NCBI GenBank assembly: GCA_040954595.2
Contig: CM082593.2
Location: forward strand, 2,453,830 to 2,517,829
Source: Balanoglossus misakiensis
Lineage: Eukaryota; Animalia; Hemichordata
DNA length: 64,000 nt
Direction of reading: 5' to 3'
Numbering within the stretch: the stretch's first letter is position 1; each line of letters begins with the position of its first letter. A model generated the notes under the pieces. That model searched no databases. It was not told the DNA's origin and was given only the letters and a program-made list of their open reading frames with translations. Below are positions 27,941-40,996 of this stretch, in pieces. A program made the position numbers and the translations under genes.

Positions 27941-30900
27941 TCAATTCTTTTGAGTTTTGTGTATGCGGCTCGTGTTGGATTGTCCTGAAGACGGGGAGTC
28001 GTTGTTTGCACCATCCTTTCTGTATCTTTTAGCGTTCTCGTCTCTTGAATCCTGTGATCCACTGGTCCGCTTTCTGGTTTTTCTGAAGGTATAGTGTCCA
28101 CCATTCTGTCTTTGATACCTGCCAACGATACCATCAATCATACCGCTGGCTGTCTCCACATTACATTCTTTACCACTCACTCTAAAGTTGAATTCTCTAT
28201 CAGGAGGAATCTCGCCTGGATATGGAATACTTGGAATCGCGATATATGTGTTGGTAAGGTCCTGGATCCTTTGAATTGTCTTTCCACGGTGACCAATCAG
28301 AAGCCCAAACAAAAAATGTGGAACAGGGACACCCCTTGAAACTGACCGTTGAAGCCGCAGTGTAGAATACTGGTGTTCATCACATCCATTAAACATGTTT
28401 TCATTGAGGCTTCTTGTAGTTTTAGGGGATTTTCTCCTGAACTCTGTTTGTGACTTGCTGTCATGATCATACCTTTCGAAACAGCTGTCTGAACCACTTG
28501 ATTCTGTTGCAGTATACCTGGTAGATATCCCAAGTTTCCTTTCATCACGGAGACCATCTGCGCCCACATCCTGTACAACATGTTTGGTTTCTCTGATGTG
28601 ATCTTCCATTTCTCCCATGCCTGACGATCTGCGATCTCGCCAGTGTTCATCACTTGAGAAACTGTCAGTGTAGTCATACTGCTTGTTGTTGTCATCTAAA
28701 CGTCTCTCTGCAAGGACTGCTGTGGTTTCAACGTGATCATAAGGCAGAGGGGACATTTCCTCACTTCGTGAAGACTCACAGGATCCTTGATGTGTGAGGT
28801 ATGCAACACCCAATTCTCTCGCCTTGCCCATTTCCCTGACTTCGTCTTCACTTTGTAAATCACGCTCCCGAACACGATATCGACTATTCGGCTCTTCACA
28901 GCTTTCGTCACACCGGTCAGTCTCCCACCTTTCATCTGCTGATGAACTACTGGTGACGTTTCTCAGAATAACCACTCTTCGGCCACCATCCCCGTCCACT
29001 GTTGTGCGGACCTTCTCTCTGTACATCAAGTGTGGAGAGTGCAATGTCTGATGCACCGAATGTGGAGAGCGGACTGCTTTATACGTCACATGTGGAGAGT
29101 GCTTAGTATACTTGTAACCTGCATCTACATCTGGTTTTCGTAGGTTGTTGTAACTGTCGCCCCTCTCTTTGTTTTTGTATCCTGATAGCTTTGCTTTTTT
29201 CAGTTGACAGTACAGTTCCCAGACATCCTTTTGTTCTTGATTCATCTTCATCAACCACTTGAGTTTTCTTTTTCTTTTTAAGTGGGGATACAAGCTTCCC
29301 ATCCCATGATTATATTTTGGCATATCATCACAGTCATCACTTAAGTACTCTAAGGTGCTTGCAGTAGCAGCATCTATGAAGTTGCTCTTTTTCAACCGTA
29401 CTCCAGCAGGAGTTTGCTGTTTCTGATGCAGACTCTCTCCGCTAACACTGCCATCCACAAAGGATTCCAAGTAGTTGTGTGCAAACTCTTCCTCAGTGTG
29501 TCTTTGCTGCTTCACACCTGCCTTTGCTCTTCGAGGCGTACTGGGCAGACCATCTCTTCTTTTCTTTAAGGGGGACTTACTGGAAACCGAAGAACCTCCT
29601 GACGTAGAGACATTTTCGAGGAAAGGTATGGTTCTTGGTGGAGTCTTGCTCCATTGTTGGCAAACCTTCTCTAACCACTTGGCCTGGGCCCTGGCTTTGG
29701 CCTGCGCTTCATCATCAGCATCTGCATCAGCATCTTGAGGCTGTGGATGTGAAGGACTGGGGTCTTTGTCCACTGGCCTCGCCTTATCAGACACCGAGCC
29801 TGAATCGTGAGCTGTTTCCCCTTCAATGTTTACATCTTTAACCGGGTTGGAAGCATGAGCATCAGAGGGCATCGTGGTGTACATGTGATGCATGGTTGCT
29901 GGTTCATACGCTGAAGGTGGATAGTACTGCTGGGCAAACTGTTGCTCCATTTCTTGGTAATGGCTTGCATATGATGACATGTAAGTATAGTAATCTTCCC
30001 AGCTGAAACCGTAGGGATAATTCCATGGATTAGCTGCCCCGTGGGAACTTCCAGCATATGTAGGAATGGCGTTCATGTTTGGCATCGTGAAATTCACATC
30101 TGGGTAAGGCTGACCACTATACATGTGTTGCCATGTGCTAGACATTGCATTGTGGAGGGACATTTGTTCAACTGTATCTTGGAGGGTCGGTTCAGCAGAC
30201 AATGTTCCTGTGGAGTAGACAAACAAATATCAACTTATATTAAGTTCATTCATTGTTATATCTGTGATATACCCCTCAAAGTGACAAATCTCAACATGTT
30301 ATAGACATTTGACTACCATTCTCTTATATTTAAGTCATGCAAATTATATGTTGATGTATGACTGGTTTTCTTACCTCCACCTTCAACATGCTGAGCCATC
30401 TTCTGTACGAGATTCACCATTTCCTGCATGGTTCTTCCATACTGGACATTTGAAGTTGCCAAGTGGACATTGCTTTGTAGAACGTTAAGGAGATTGCTTA
30501 TCATTTCCTTTTCACCTTCTGCTGTTGGAGCTGTACTACAGTGACTGCCGCTAGTTGTCTCTGATGGCTGTACATTTACATGTACTGAAGCATGCTCGTC
30601 TCTCCTGTCAAAAGAATTCACCTTATTCCGATCTTCACTTCCAGGCATGCATGGGTCAAGTGTACCATGATATGAACTTCCAGAATCATTTCCCTCCATA
30701 GCTTGATCCTTTTGTACAGAACTACCGTGCTCACCATTTCTAGTCTTGTCCTGCATGTTTTGGCCACCAAAACTCCCATCCTCAGTGCAGGTTTTGAATG
30801 CGTCCTTACCAGAAGCTTCTGTGCTTTGTGGATGATAAGATGTTCCATCAGATGGAAAGTGCTGATTTGTCTGCATATCAACTTTGGACTTTCTGTTATC

Positions 30901-33900
30901 TAATTCTTCCTTAACACCCAAAGCACCATTTGAGTCTGGATTCAGTGTGTTCTTCAAATCCATTTCCTCACTGGAAGTTTTTTCTCCACTCCCCTTCTCT
31001 TCTTGGTCAGAAGTACTGGAAACTGATTTGTCATCTGTGTCAGTCTTCCATGGTATCGGTTGTACTAACAGACTTGGCTTTTCTTTGACTGGTCGGGAAG
31101 AGGAACTAAAGACTCCAGAGTCACCATTTTTATCTTTGTCAGACAGTGTGTGTTTTGCACAGACGTTTGTCGATTTCTGGACAACTGTGTGATCACTTGG
31201 AGGAGATGACTTAGGTGGCAGTGCTATTTGCTGGTCTTTGGGTTCCTTAACTTCCGCACTTTCTCCTCCAGGATTTCCTTTGATATGTTCGCTTTCATCA
31301 AAATAGCCAAACATACCATTACTCCCTTGACCATCAGCATTTTCATTTATGGCAGATGACATACTACTGGAGGAAACTGGTTTTGTAATTCCAATCTGAG
31401 ATATTGGAAATCTGGAAACACTTGCAATATCGGAAGTGTCAAATCCAGGTTTATTGATGCATGGACTGTGAACACTCTCCTGAGTGGGATGACTGCTTGC
31501 TACAGTGACAGCTGTGGCATTCGCATGTACTGTGCTTTCATCTTTGGTAAACTCGGCAAGGTGTTGAATTTGTTTGGTTGGCACAGGCGTACGCTGGGCA
31601 GCACACTCTTGAGATGGAAAACCATTTTCTTCTCTGTTCTCATATCTTTTACTCCTGGGATCCCTTGAGTCGACTTTAACTCTTTCAGCGTTATGAATGC
31701 TTACACTGTATTTCTGGGCCTTCTGTAAAGACGCAAGATCGAACTGGCTTCCTCTACATCCCCTCAACATTAATTTGCCTCTAGGATTCTTCTTTTGTTC
31801 TGGCGGAGCTGGCCCTCTGTCTACGACTTCCTGTTTTACTCCATCATGTTGAGCAGGTATGCCATTAATGCCACCAGTCGTATTGTTATTTCTATCGTCC
31901 ACTTTATCCACCTCTGTGAAGGAAGGGGTCCTCGACACTGTTTGTTTGCTACATTGACGACTCTTGTCTTGGGCACTACTTGTGTCCACGGTCTGGACAT
32001 ACCAGACAGGAATCTCCTTGGCATCTCCGACTAATGTATTCGAAATACGTCTCGAAGAGTCTCCATTGTTATGAGCATCTGTAGTTCCCTCAGCAGTACG
32101 TTCACTAGAGTAGGCCAGATTTTGAAGAGGATGGCCAATCATGTTGTTACAGTTTGAAGAACTTCCCAAGGACCCATCTGCACATTCCTTTGTCATTAAG
32201 GTATCACAACCACTATCCTTCGCCAACGTTGAAACTCTCTTCTCTATACGATTCCTACCATTAGCATGTTCATAGCCTAGTGGTTTTACCACATCTGGAA
32301 CAGCAGCAGTACTGTCATTTGATGCATCACTTGCTTCAGCAACATCAGTCGGTGGAGTAATGTCCACTTGAGATCCTCCACTTGGTCTCTGCTGGACTGG
32401 AAGAGTTGAGATTGGCAAAGTTATGAAAGTCTTCTCACTTCCCGATCCTGGTGATATGCTTAGGTCATTTAAGCTTGCAGTTGAGTTAGCAGAAGGCATG
32501 GAATCGGCAGTTAGTCCCCCATTCTTATGGCCACCATTCGCTACACACAATCTATTGTGGATATCAGTATATACAATGTTACGCCAGGTGGGAACTTCCG
32601 GTGTTCGTTGTACGTCACCACTGTTACAGACATTGCCAACGCTTTCACTACTACCAGGTTGCTGACTGCTTTGACTCTTCCCATCATTCTCCCCAACAGG
32701 AACGTTTTCAGCTGGTGAGCATTGCATTTGACTTGCACTTCTCATTTGTAAATCCTTCTCCTTTGCGGTATCCACTACACCAAAGCAATTATAACTTACT
32801 CCAGCAGAATTATCCCGAAGCACAGAGTCAAATTTTGGGAGTAAAACACTGCATTCTTTAAGCTGAAACTTTTTCTGTTGGGTTTTTGTGACATAAGGTG
32901 CATTAAACCTTGGACGTGGAAAGCTCAGGACACGTGACTTATCACTTTGATCACCCGGTTCATTTTTCTGTTCGTATTTGGAAGACTCGATGCTTGCACT
33001 GTATCTTTGATCCATTTTGTTCATCAAGTTAAGTTCTTTGTCATCTTCCTTTATTTTGTCGCAATGGACAGGATCACAATTACCTTGGCATGAAGAACCT
33101 TTTGTGTGATGTTCGTCAGGACATACCAGCAGTGGCTTTTTGTTGTGGGTACGCTTACTTTCAGTCACATCAAGTTTTCTTTTCATCGTTTCCACTTCAA
33201 ATGGCTTAGGAATCTGATTTGCTTCTTTGGCAGTTTTGTCTTCTCTGTGTCCAATAGAACCATCTAAAAATCAAAATGGTAATTATTTTCGCATTTTACC
33301 ATCATTAGATGTTCTCATTGCGATCAATACAAATTTACCTCACTTTATTTAATACACGCTTACCCGTTTTTGAAGGTTTCCGCTGCATAAGCCGTTTCTG
33401 GTGCGATGGCACGTGACTCACTTTACTTTTATCTCGTATGCGTAGAATTCCGTAAAGTGTTCCGGACTGTCTAGCAAGGTTGCCAAAACCTAGAAATAAA
33501 AGAGCCTTTCAATAAGTAAATATGATCAACGTGAATTATCATTGTTGTACATTAAAAATACTCGTATACTCGTGTAACGATCGTCTGGTCTTACCTAGCT
33601 CTTCGGTAAATTCGCAAGCTGGAAGGAGAAACATTTTGTTTTCCATTTTTGTCCTCTTGTTTGGTGTTTCATATATGGTGACAGCGGCCTGTGTAGAACA
33701 GGTACAATAAATAGTTAACTGTAGCTATTATTGCTCTAATGTCGTAAGTCCTAGTCCACGAAAGTTCAGTGTAAAGCCTTATTCGAACAAAGCATATAAA
33801 TGCGCATGTGCGTGTATATGTAACCAATCACGTTAATGAATAGTTCGAAATTTATCGTACCTTGTTACCTCGCTGAAGGTGACTAGCCAATGACTGGATA

Positions 33901-36900
33901 GCAACTTGTGACGTAATATAGGGTTGCACTATGAAGACACTGTATGTGCCTTCAACGCATTCGACTAAAATGAACATAGAAAATAGAATGCAAATGAAAA
34001 TTCATGGGATATATCATACAAAAACACTGTCCACCAATTTATTGGGTTTGTTCATTACCTCTGTTGAAACTGTAGACAGAAATACTTAATATCGTCATCA
34101 ATAAGGTATGAAATTAGCAATTTATACCTGGATCTTTCCATGCAGCCGCAATGCAGTCCGTACATCTATCAGAGAATGAACGCTCCTTCAAATGGTCGAT
34201 CGAAACAGACGTATCAAAGCTTATACTGCCTCCCCTATATAAGAAACAACAATTTAGGTCTTAGTGTCTGAATGATATCAAAGAATATCGTTCGTATGGT
34301 ATCTAGGAATTTGTTCAGAATATGGATGAGAATGATTATAAATATGACATGTTTTCGCAAAAAAACATCAGTCGCCGATATTCTGTTATACTTACAGTTT
34401 AATTGGGAAAGCTTTTCCCGCAACAAACTCGACTACGCCTATAGTGTTATTTTTGTGAAGCAAAGTTCCCTCCCATGCCACTGTAAAAGGAATGTCTTCA
34501 TCAGCAAACGACACTGTCTTCGGTCTCTCATCCACTTCCGGTACCTGCATGCAGGACATGCGTATTAAGATTACATCATCACAAGTATTGAAGCCCCATG
34601 AGCTGTCACGAATTATTTTCGTGGTTTTATTCTCAAACTTAGATTGGGTCATCAAAAAAGTTTACTGACATGTATTGTTATCGTTCGATGGTGGCATCCA
34701 TTTATTCTTCTACCGGATATCATCATCTCCGCATGCTCAAAATGGTATCGTCCTACGGCTAAGGATAAGCAGAAGACTAAGACAATTTTATCGATAAACT
34801 TAGCTGTAAAAGTGATAGTTATTGGGACTGTAAATAAGAAAACAATACTTACCCAGACGAAAAACTAATATATGTCATTATTTCAAAATGAACAGACAGT
34901 ACAATTATCGTGTCAATACCTTAAAGATTAATGGCCCTGGAGGTATGTGGCCAATGTGAAATTTGTCGATATGGAAATTCTGTAATACGTAATAAAATCG
35001 GTAGGTCGTGAAAATAAGGGACAGGACCGATTACAGAACAGATTATTCCTTTATTTATACATGTACACGGTCAACAGACCATCACAACTGATATGATGTG
35101 TATAATTATCTTCCATTTATGAGGACGATACGCACAGCACGCACGCGTTCAACCCACGCGTTGTTTTGTTTGTACACCATCATGTGACTACGTCTGACGA
35201 CTTTGTCATTGATAGTACTGTATATCACTGGATTTTTAATGTTGGTACGTGTGAGCACGTTCAGTTTACCACTGGTATATATATATAGCCGGGAACGCCT
35301 TGTCCGTGTCTGGGTATAGGTATATAATATTTTCCTTTGAAATTAATTACGTTTAAACGTAATCCCAGCTGAACAAATCATCGTATATAATATATGTAGA
35401 TTGTGTCATAACGCACAACCATTTATTGTTATTTGCGTGATGTGTACACATGTGAGATTAACCCAGACAGATGGTGAATACAAACCTCTACTGTCTATGG
35501 TTCCGCTGAGTTTATTGTGAGCGGTTTCATTTCATGTTTTACTAGAAAAGTTCATGTCCAAATCTCAGTCCAGACAATGTATCAGACATATACTTACGTT
35601 TTGTGGTTCTTTGTAAAAAACGGCAGGTGTGCCTATCTGGTATGTTACGACTGCATAAGGCAAGACTTGTCTTGGTCTTCTGCTGAGTTTCCCTTGCTTG
35701 TCAAATTCGTACAGGTATATCTGTGGAATGTACAAACCAGTGCCAAGTTCATTTTAAGAGAAGGGGGAGTTTCCAAAAGCCGAATTGAACTACTGTTTGT
35801 TTATCATTGCCTCTCCTAGGCACACTACATAATTAGTACTACATGTAATATTGTAAGACTTTTTAATACAAGTACCAGGCTATATCTTACCTGAATTTAA
35901 ATAAATTCTGAAAAGATGGGAATAAAAAAGCAATGTGGTGATAACGACGCTTTTGATGACAAGCGTACATATAAACTGATAGCAGAAGTCGTAGCTGTCA
36001 TAAAACGTTTGATTCAGAAAAATCAATACTTTTTAAACGATATCAGGCCGCGATGTATTCCGCCCTCCTATCTGTAGCCGTTCTTATTGTATATTTTCCC
36101 ATCCTCAGTGTGCATGTCAATACGAGGCAGAACTGGAAAACGTGTGTTGCCTGCCACTTTACTTACCATTGTTCTCTTCATAGTATTTGAGACTGTATCT
36201 GATTCACGGGCTGTGTCGTAAGCAATGTGGCAGTCATAATTCTCAGTCGGCAGAATCATAGCTTCGGATAAACTTTCCCTTGGCAGTACTGACTTCACTT
36301 TCCCCCTTGTAACCTGTAGTGATATCACAAACGATACTTGTTATATAGTTATATTATAATGATGTTCGATATCCAAATGATTAGTTAAAGTCAAGTATTA
36401 TATAAAACTATGAATAATAGTAACTTACTTTGAATACAAGTAATTGTGGATCTGTTAACGCCCTCGCTGCAACGCACACATCCGGGCATCTCCATAGAGA
36501 CACGCCCTTTGTGTTGTCACCTAAATGGAACAAATACAGACCGCATTTATATGACAAGAAGGTTCCGTTTAAAAATGGCAAAAATTAAAGTTAGTGTAGC
36601 AAGGGATATAGGGTCAGCAAATTATCAAAAGGTAGAACAACAGAAGCAAGTCACAAAGGCAGAGGAAAAATAAATAAATAAATAGTACCCTACCGATTCT
36701 TCCGAAGGTATTAGAATTACATTTATCTGTGCACAATCCGTGTCTTGTTATACTGAACAACTTGGACCCATTACTTTCAACTCGATACAAGAACAGTTCT
36801 TCGAGATCCTTCATTGGCCTGCCTTCATCCTGCATTTCTTTCCTTTTGGCGAGATATTCTTACGGACAGAGAAAAAAAAAAGATTAAAAATTAACCTTAT

Positions 36901-37462
36901 AGGTGAGCGTGCCATCGTGAAACGAAGTCTTCAGATGTAATTTGTTTCTCATAGCATCAGTCAATCAAACGTCATTATCCCACTTTGTATAGTATATGCA
37001 ATATGTTTTTTTACCAAACAATGACAATTTATAACAAATACACTAAAAAATCACAAAATATTCTAAAAGGTCATTTTCATCATTTAACAGAAAGAAGTGT
37101 AGGATATACTCACCGGATTGAAGTTTTCCGTTCTCAATCATCTCTATTCCTGTTACTTGGAGTCGGGCAAACTTCGCTCCCCACGAATTCTTCCTAATTT
37201 CATTTTTTATTTCAATGCTTTCTTTAGACGTCAAATCGACGCTTTGCAGAAGATTGTCTGTTAATAGACAAAACGGACATCGACATTCTGTTCCAAAATC
37301 CTAATTACCACGACCACAAACTGGTTAATCGTGCAGAGCGTATATGATTAAAATCGGTGGGGATGTGATTAAACTAAAGTACACGACAGTTACATCAAAG
37401 ATGGCGACCTGGCACTTACCTCGGACAGGAAAGCTGTCCTTTCGTTTGGACAAGGTGATCAT
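27941..37462 (-). CDS. TASOR/TEX15-family protein: DUF3715 pseudo-PARP + SPOC-like domain + long disordered region + C-terminal KH domain (~2149 aa)
   Basis: 13 GT-AG exons join in one open frame (6450 nt): 37462-37420, 37257-37114, 36858-36694, 36520-36429, 36313-36167, 35720-35598, 34544-34396, 34234-34128, 33964-33861, 33688-33595, 33489-33364, 33263-30375, 30207-27941. Motifs: YLAKRKEMQDEGRPMKDLEE, ITRHGL, GDNTKGVSLWRCPD, VFKVTRGKVK, PTENYDCHI, IYLYEF...RRPRQVLPYAVV (DUF3715); VAWEGTL...LASHLQRGNKAAV...MFLLPAC...LYGILRI (SPOC-like); GLLIGHRGKTIQRIQ (KH). The start codon could lie further upstream. Confidence 0.85.
28121..28342 (-). other. Type-I KH RNA-binding domain
   Basis: VPVPHFLFGLLIGHRGKTIQRIQDLTNTYIAIPS...FRVSGKECNVETASGMIDGIV; intact GxxG loop (GHRG). 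Confidence 0.9.
33364..34544 (-). other. SPOC-like domain (5 exons)
   Basis: Begins with WxGxL (AWEGTLL) and ends with a helix, AAV, FLLP and LYGIL; sits directly after DUF3715, as the SPOC domain does in TASOR. Confidence 0.6.
35598..37257 (-). other. DUF3715 / pseudo-PARP domain (5 exons)
   Basis: Order and wording of motifs (KRKEM..GR...LEE; GL; G..GV.L.R..D; KV..GKVK; PT.NYDCH; YLYEF...RPRQVLPYAVV) match the TASOR/TEX15 N-terminal domain as recalled. Confidence 0.85.
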
Positions 37463-39442
37463 GTCGGTGATTTGAACTGAAAAAAAAGTTTTTGTTGATC
37501 AATATACTGCTGCGCAAATCGTGTCGCACACCTTTTAGTGGATTCACGTCCTTCATTGGATGAATTTTGTCACGTGATTGTTTAAATTGTGCTGAGATGC
37601 CAGTTTTGATAACACTTGTTTCAACAGATATCACAAATTGACTATTCTTTTTAATAATGAATAATTAATCCGCATGAAATTAATATAACGATGTCTCAAA
37701 CCCACGAGGGACAATACTAACGTGAAAAAACATATTTCATGTCAACAAACCGAGCTTTGAAATTCTAGTCACATGAAATTGGGTCACAACATTTTAACAA
37801 ATGCTCAATGCTTTGTAAAGTGCCCAACGGGTTAAATTCCTCTAGTATTAACGCATGCATTTTTCGGTAGCCTAGAAACTTAACCAAATGAGTCCTGACT
37901 GGGTACTTCACAAACAAACAAGTTGAGACCTGTTCATCTTCAACAGTTATCGAACTCTGTGAACTCTATACTTTATTGCAGTATAAAATAACTTCGTGAT
38001 AAATGATGCTACAGTTCCTTTGGTGGCCAATCATTTCACGGAGAACAAGCGTGATATTGTACCGACAGCCACAGACATACGGACAGACAGGGGTAGGTTA
38101 ATCATACACAGGGGTTCCATGTTTGCAGAAGTTATGCGCCACTCTTATGTGTAGGCAAACAAGTAGTGCATATTCCTTTTGGCAGTTTAACATGTACAGT
38201 AATCTAAACTCAAACCACACCTTGAGAACTATAGCGATCTGTTTCATTAACTATTGAACACTTTAATGGTGAATTTGAAACGATCTCTGTGCAAGGACAC
38301 CCAGCTTTAAGAAGTTTCTTAAACACTGGATCAACTACAGGCACATGGTTACAAGTTTAATCACCCCAATTCCCTCTATAGAAGTTCTACTTTACCAAAG
38401 AATAGAAATCGTAGCTAGTGGTGAAAGGGATAAATATTCAAGACACTGTTGAATATTAGGGGCACTCACACCTCTGTGAGATCAGTGTGAGACCCGTATC
38501 AAGTTTCATTACATTTGGTTTATATTGTGGGTATGTTGGTGTAATTGCAAAAGCTGTTAAATGGCAACACTACTCTTCATTTTCACCTTATTTGGTATGG
38601 ACATTCTGAACAAATTACCTACGTGAAAATGATCATTACACGTGTAAATTGGCAATTTAAACTTGACCAAACAGAGAATGGGATAGTTTGGGCGAAACAG
38701 TATCTATTCAAAGTGATATAAAACATTGTGAACTTTCATTTATCCCACATTTTGATAGACACAGTGCGTGTACAACGACGTCATATGACTAAAATCACCT
38801 ATGCATGAGTATCCACCTACCTGTACTATATTGTCATTGGGTAGGCATAAGGGTCATCTCCAAATTTGACACCCAAGGTCACATTGTAGGCGATGGCGTG
38901 CACAGTTCTGTACGAAGTTATGCACCTCTATTTTTGTTTAAAATCCTTATAGCCAAAAAAGAATGATCTTTCTTTTCACCTCAGATAAGTGGGCGTGCAC
39001 GTGTATGTCATGTGAGTGTGAAGTGTGATGCGATAAAGACTTTTCGAAAAGGTTTTATAAGTCTTGCTTCCTCAAAACGCCTGACCCGTCATCAAAGGTA
39101 AAAACGTACAATTGCACGGGGCAAAAATCGCAATGCAGGAACGACGTGCATGATATCCCCTTCCGAAGAGGATATCGCACGTGCACGTGCAGACGACGCC
39201 ACTCGAAGTGTTGTTGAAACCCAGCCAGCCTATCGGAGACATTTACTGACCAGGACGAATTCAGCAGTGGTATACCGTATATAGGCCTATACGTATACTG
39301 ACGGAATAATGGAGGGGTTGGGCCAGTCTTCAGCGCAGACTTCATGCCCGCCGTCGAGGCTACGGCTGTCTTGACGTACACGGAAACGCGGGCTCTATTT
39401 CATTTGATTCAGACTGCGATCTCAGTCTCACCTCTTTCTTAC

Positions 39443-40223
39443 CTGGCAAATGTGATCGCTGGCTGCACGATTACGACGTTAGGGAGGAAGCAGTAACCGC
39501 CATTGTTGATGAGACTTTATGAACTTCGGCCTGGCTGGGACGCTTTTTCGCATCAACAACACCACCGAACAAAACTCGCGGGGTGAAGAGGTCAAACACG
39601 TGTTTAAAATGCAAACATCCGTTGCCAAATGATGGAAGTCCCCTTTTAAATTTGGTCTATAAATAGAACCGCGGACCATCGCAGCTCAAGATCACTAGGG
39701 GGAGGGGTTTTGGCATTCCACACGAAATGCGTCATCGCCTGTTTATTATAAAAACAATAATTTTAAACTCAGCTTGTCCAAGTACATCAAGAACTATTCA
39801 TTCCAGTTAAATATGAAGTGAATGCGCCCCATTTTGGAAAAGATTACACTTTGCAGTTTCTATTACCGTAATAGACAGCTACTTTGCATATTTAATAAAC
39901 TTTTAGTTTTTAATACTAATAGTGATATATTTCTAGAATTACTGCACCTAATTTGATGAAAATTGATACTGATATTGATCTGGCAACATGCCCTCTATAA
40001 TAGACATGTTACATGTTATCCAAGGACAACTGATACGGCGAATAGCAACGCAATGCCAGCCCTCGGCCCCCTCCCCTCCCCACCCCACGCGGCCACGCGC
40101 ACAGACCGCACGTAGCCCTCTAGCGGTGACCTCACCGTTGCTGCACGGTTCAGGTCAACTCAGGTCAACTATGCTGTGTTTACTTCGTGGTGCGCTATAT
40201 TCACAAATTACGACTTAATTAAG
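39443..40223. promoter_or_regulatory. Probable bidirectional promoter region (TASOR-like gene on -, kelch gene on +)
   Basis: CpG-rich; minus-strand YY1-like CAATGGCGG at 39497-39505 followed by donor CAG|gtaaga at 39443/39442; plus-strand donor AAG|gtaaat at 40224. Confidence 0.45.
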
Positions 40224-40996
40224 GTAAATGGAAATTTTACAATAGTCAACTGCCTGCAGCTTTAAATAACGAGTCACTGGTTCTGCACACACTACTAGCT
40301 GAATTGCTCGGTGGTAGGTTTTTGAGCAAGCCACTACAAACCGTTTGCGTAGTTCTACATAGTAGTGTAGTACAACTATACATATACGCACAGTAGGTTT
40401 GGTATTAAAGTACATTGGCTTTAGTACCTTAGTAGTAGCATGGAGCATGGCATGGAGGTACTAGTACCTCCATGGTAGTAGGATCATGTACATATGCGTT
40501 GCGAGCAGGGAGACTCAAGTAATTGTAAAAGGTTGATATTAAAACCCTTCGAAACGGAGGGGGACAGGACTGCAAGGTACAGATATGAAACCCGACCATG
40601 ACCAGCAGAGATAAAGCACCTGTAACCTTCTGACAAGTGCTTTTTCTCAGCTGGTCGGTTTTTCATATTTTTACCTCAAGTTAACCTATCTGTTTCATAT
40701 ATTGGGTTTACAACAATTTGAAAATAGAAGTAATAGAAGAATAGTACTAGTCGACCAGAATAGACTTACCGTTGCTTCCATGTACAAATGCTACTTTCCG
40801 TCGTCCAAGGACAGGAGGCTAATTTTTACTTCTGTATGGGTGATCTGTGCCTTATAAAATCCCGGAACAACCACAAAATAATCACTAGTGTTTTAGTGTT
40901 CACTGTCACGCAAGTGTTAAAGTACTGGCTTCAAAGTTTGTTCCATCTTTTGCTTCCGAAAGACGAAGACTACACAACACTGCTCCAACACGGACG

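Noticed and set aside
27941-33195. Two independent giant ORFs (761 aa and 960 aa) as separate genes or transposon ORFs
   Set aside because: They join through a phase-1 GT-AG intron (30374-30208), connect to upstream exons, and contain no RT, integrase or transposase motifs.
33800-33920. CCAAT/CRE-like motifs and ATG 33646 as the promoter and start of a stand-alone KH gene
   Set aside because: The motifs lie in or beside exon 33964-33861, and the ATG is internal to exon 33688-33595 of the longer gene.
37700-38950. Possible extra 5' coding exons or a transposon upstream of the TASOR-like ATG
   Set aside because: No phase-compatible exon with family motifs; repeat-like words (gaagttatgc twice, acagac runs) but no definable termini.
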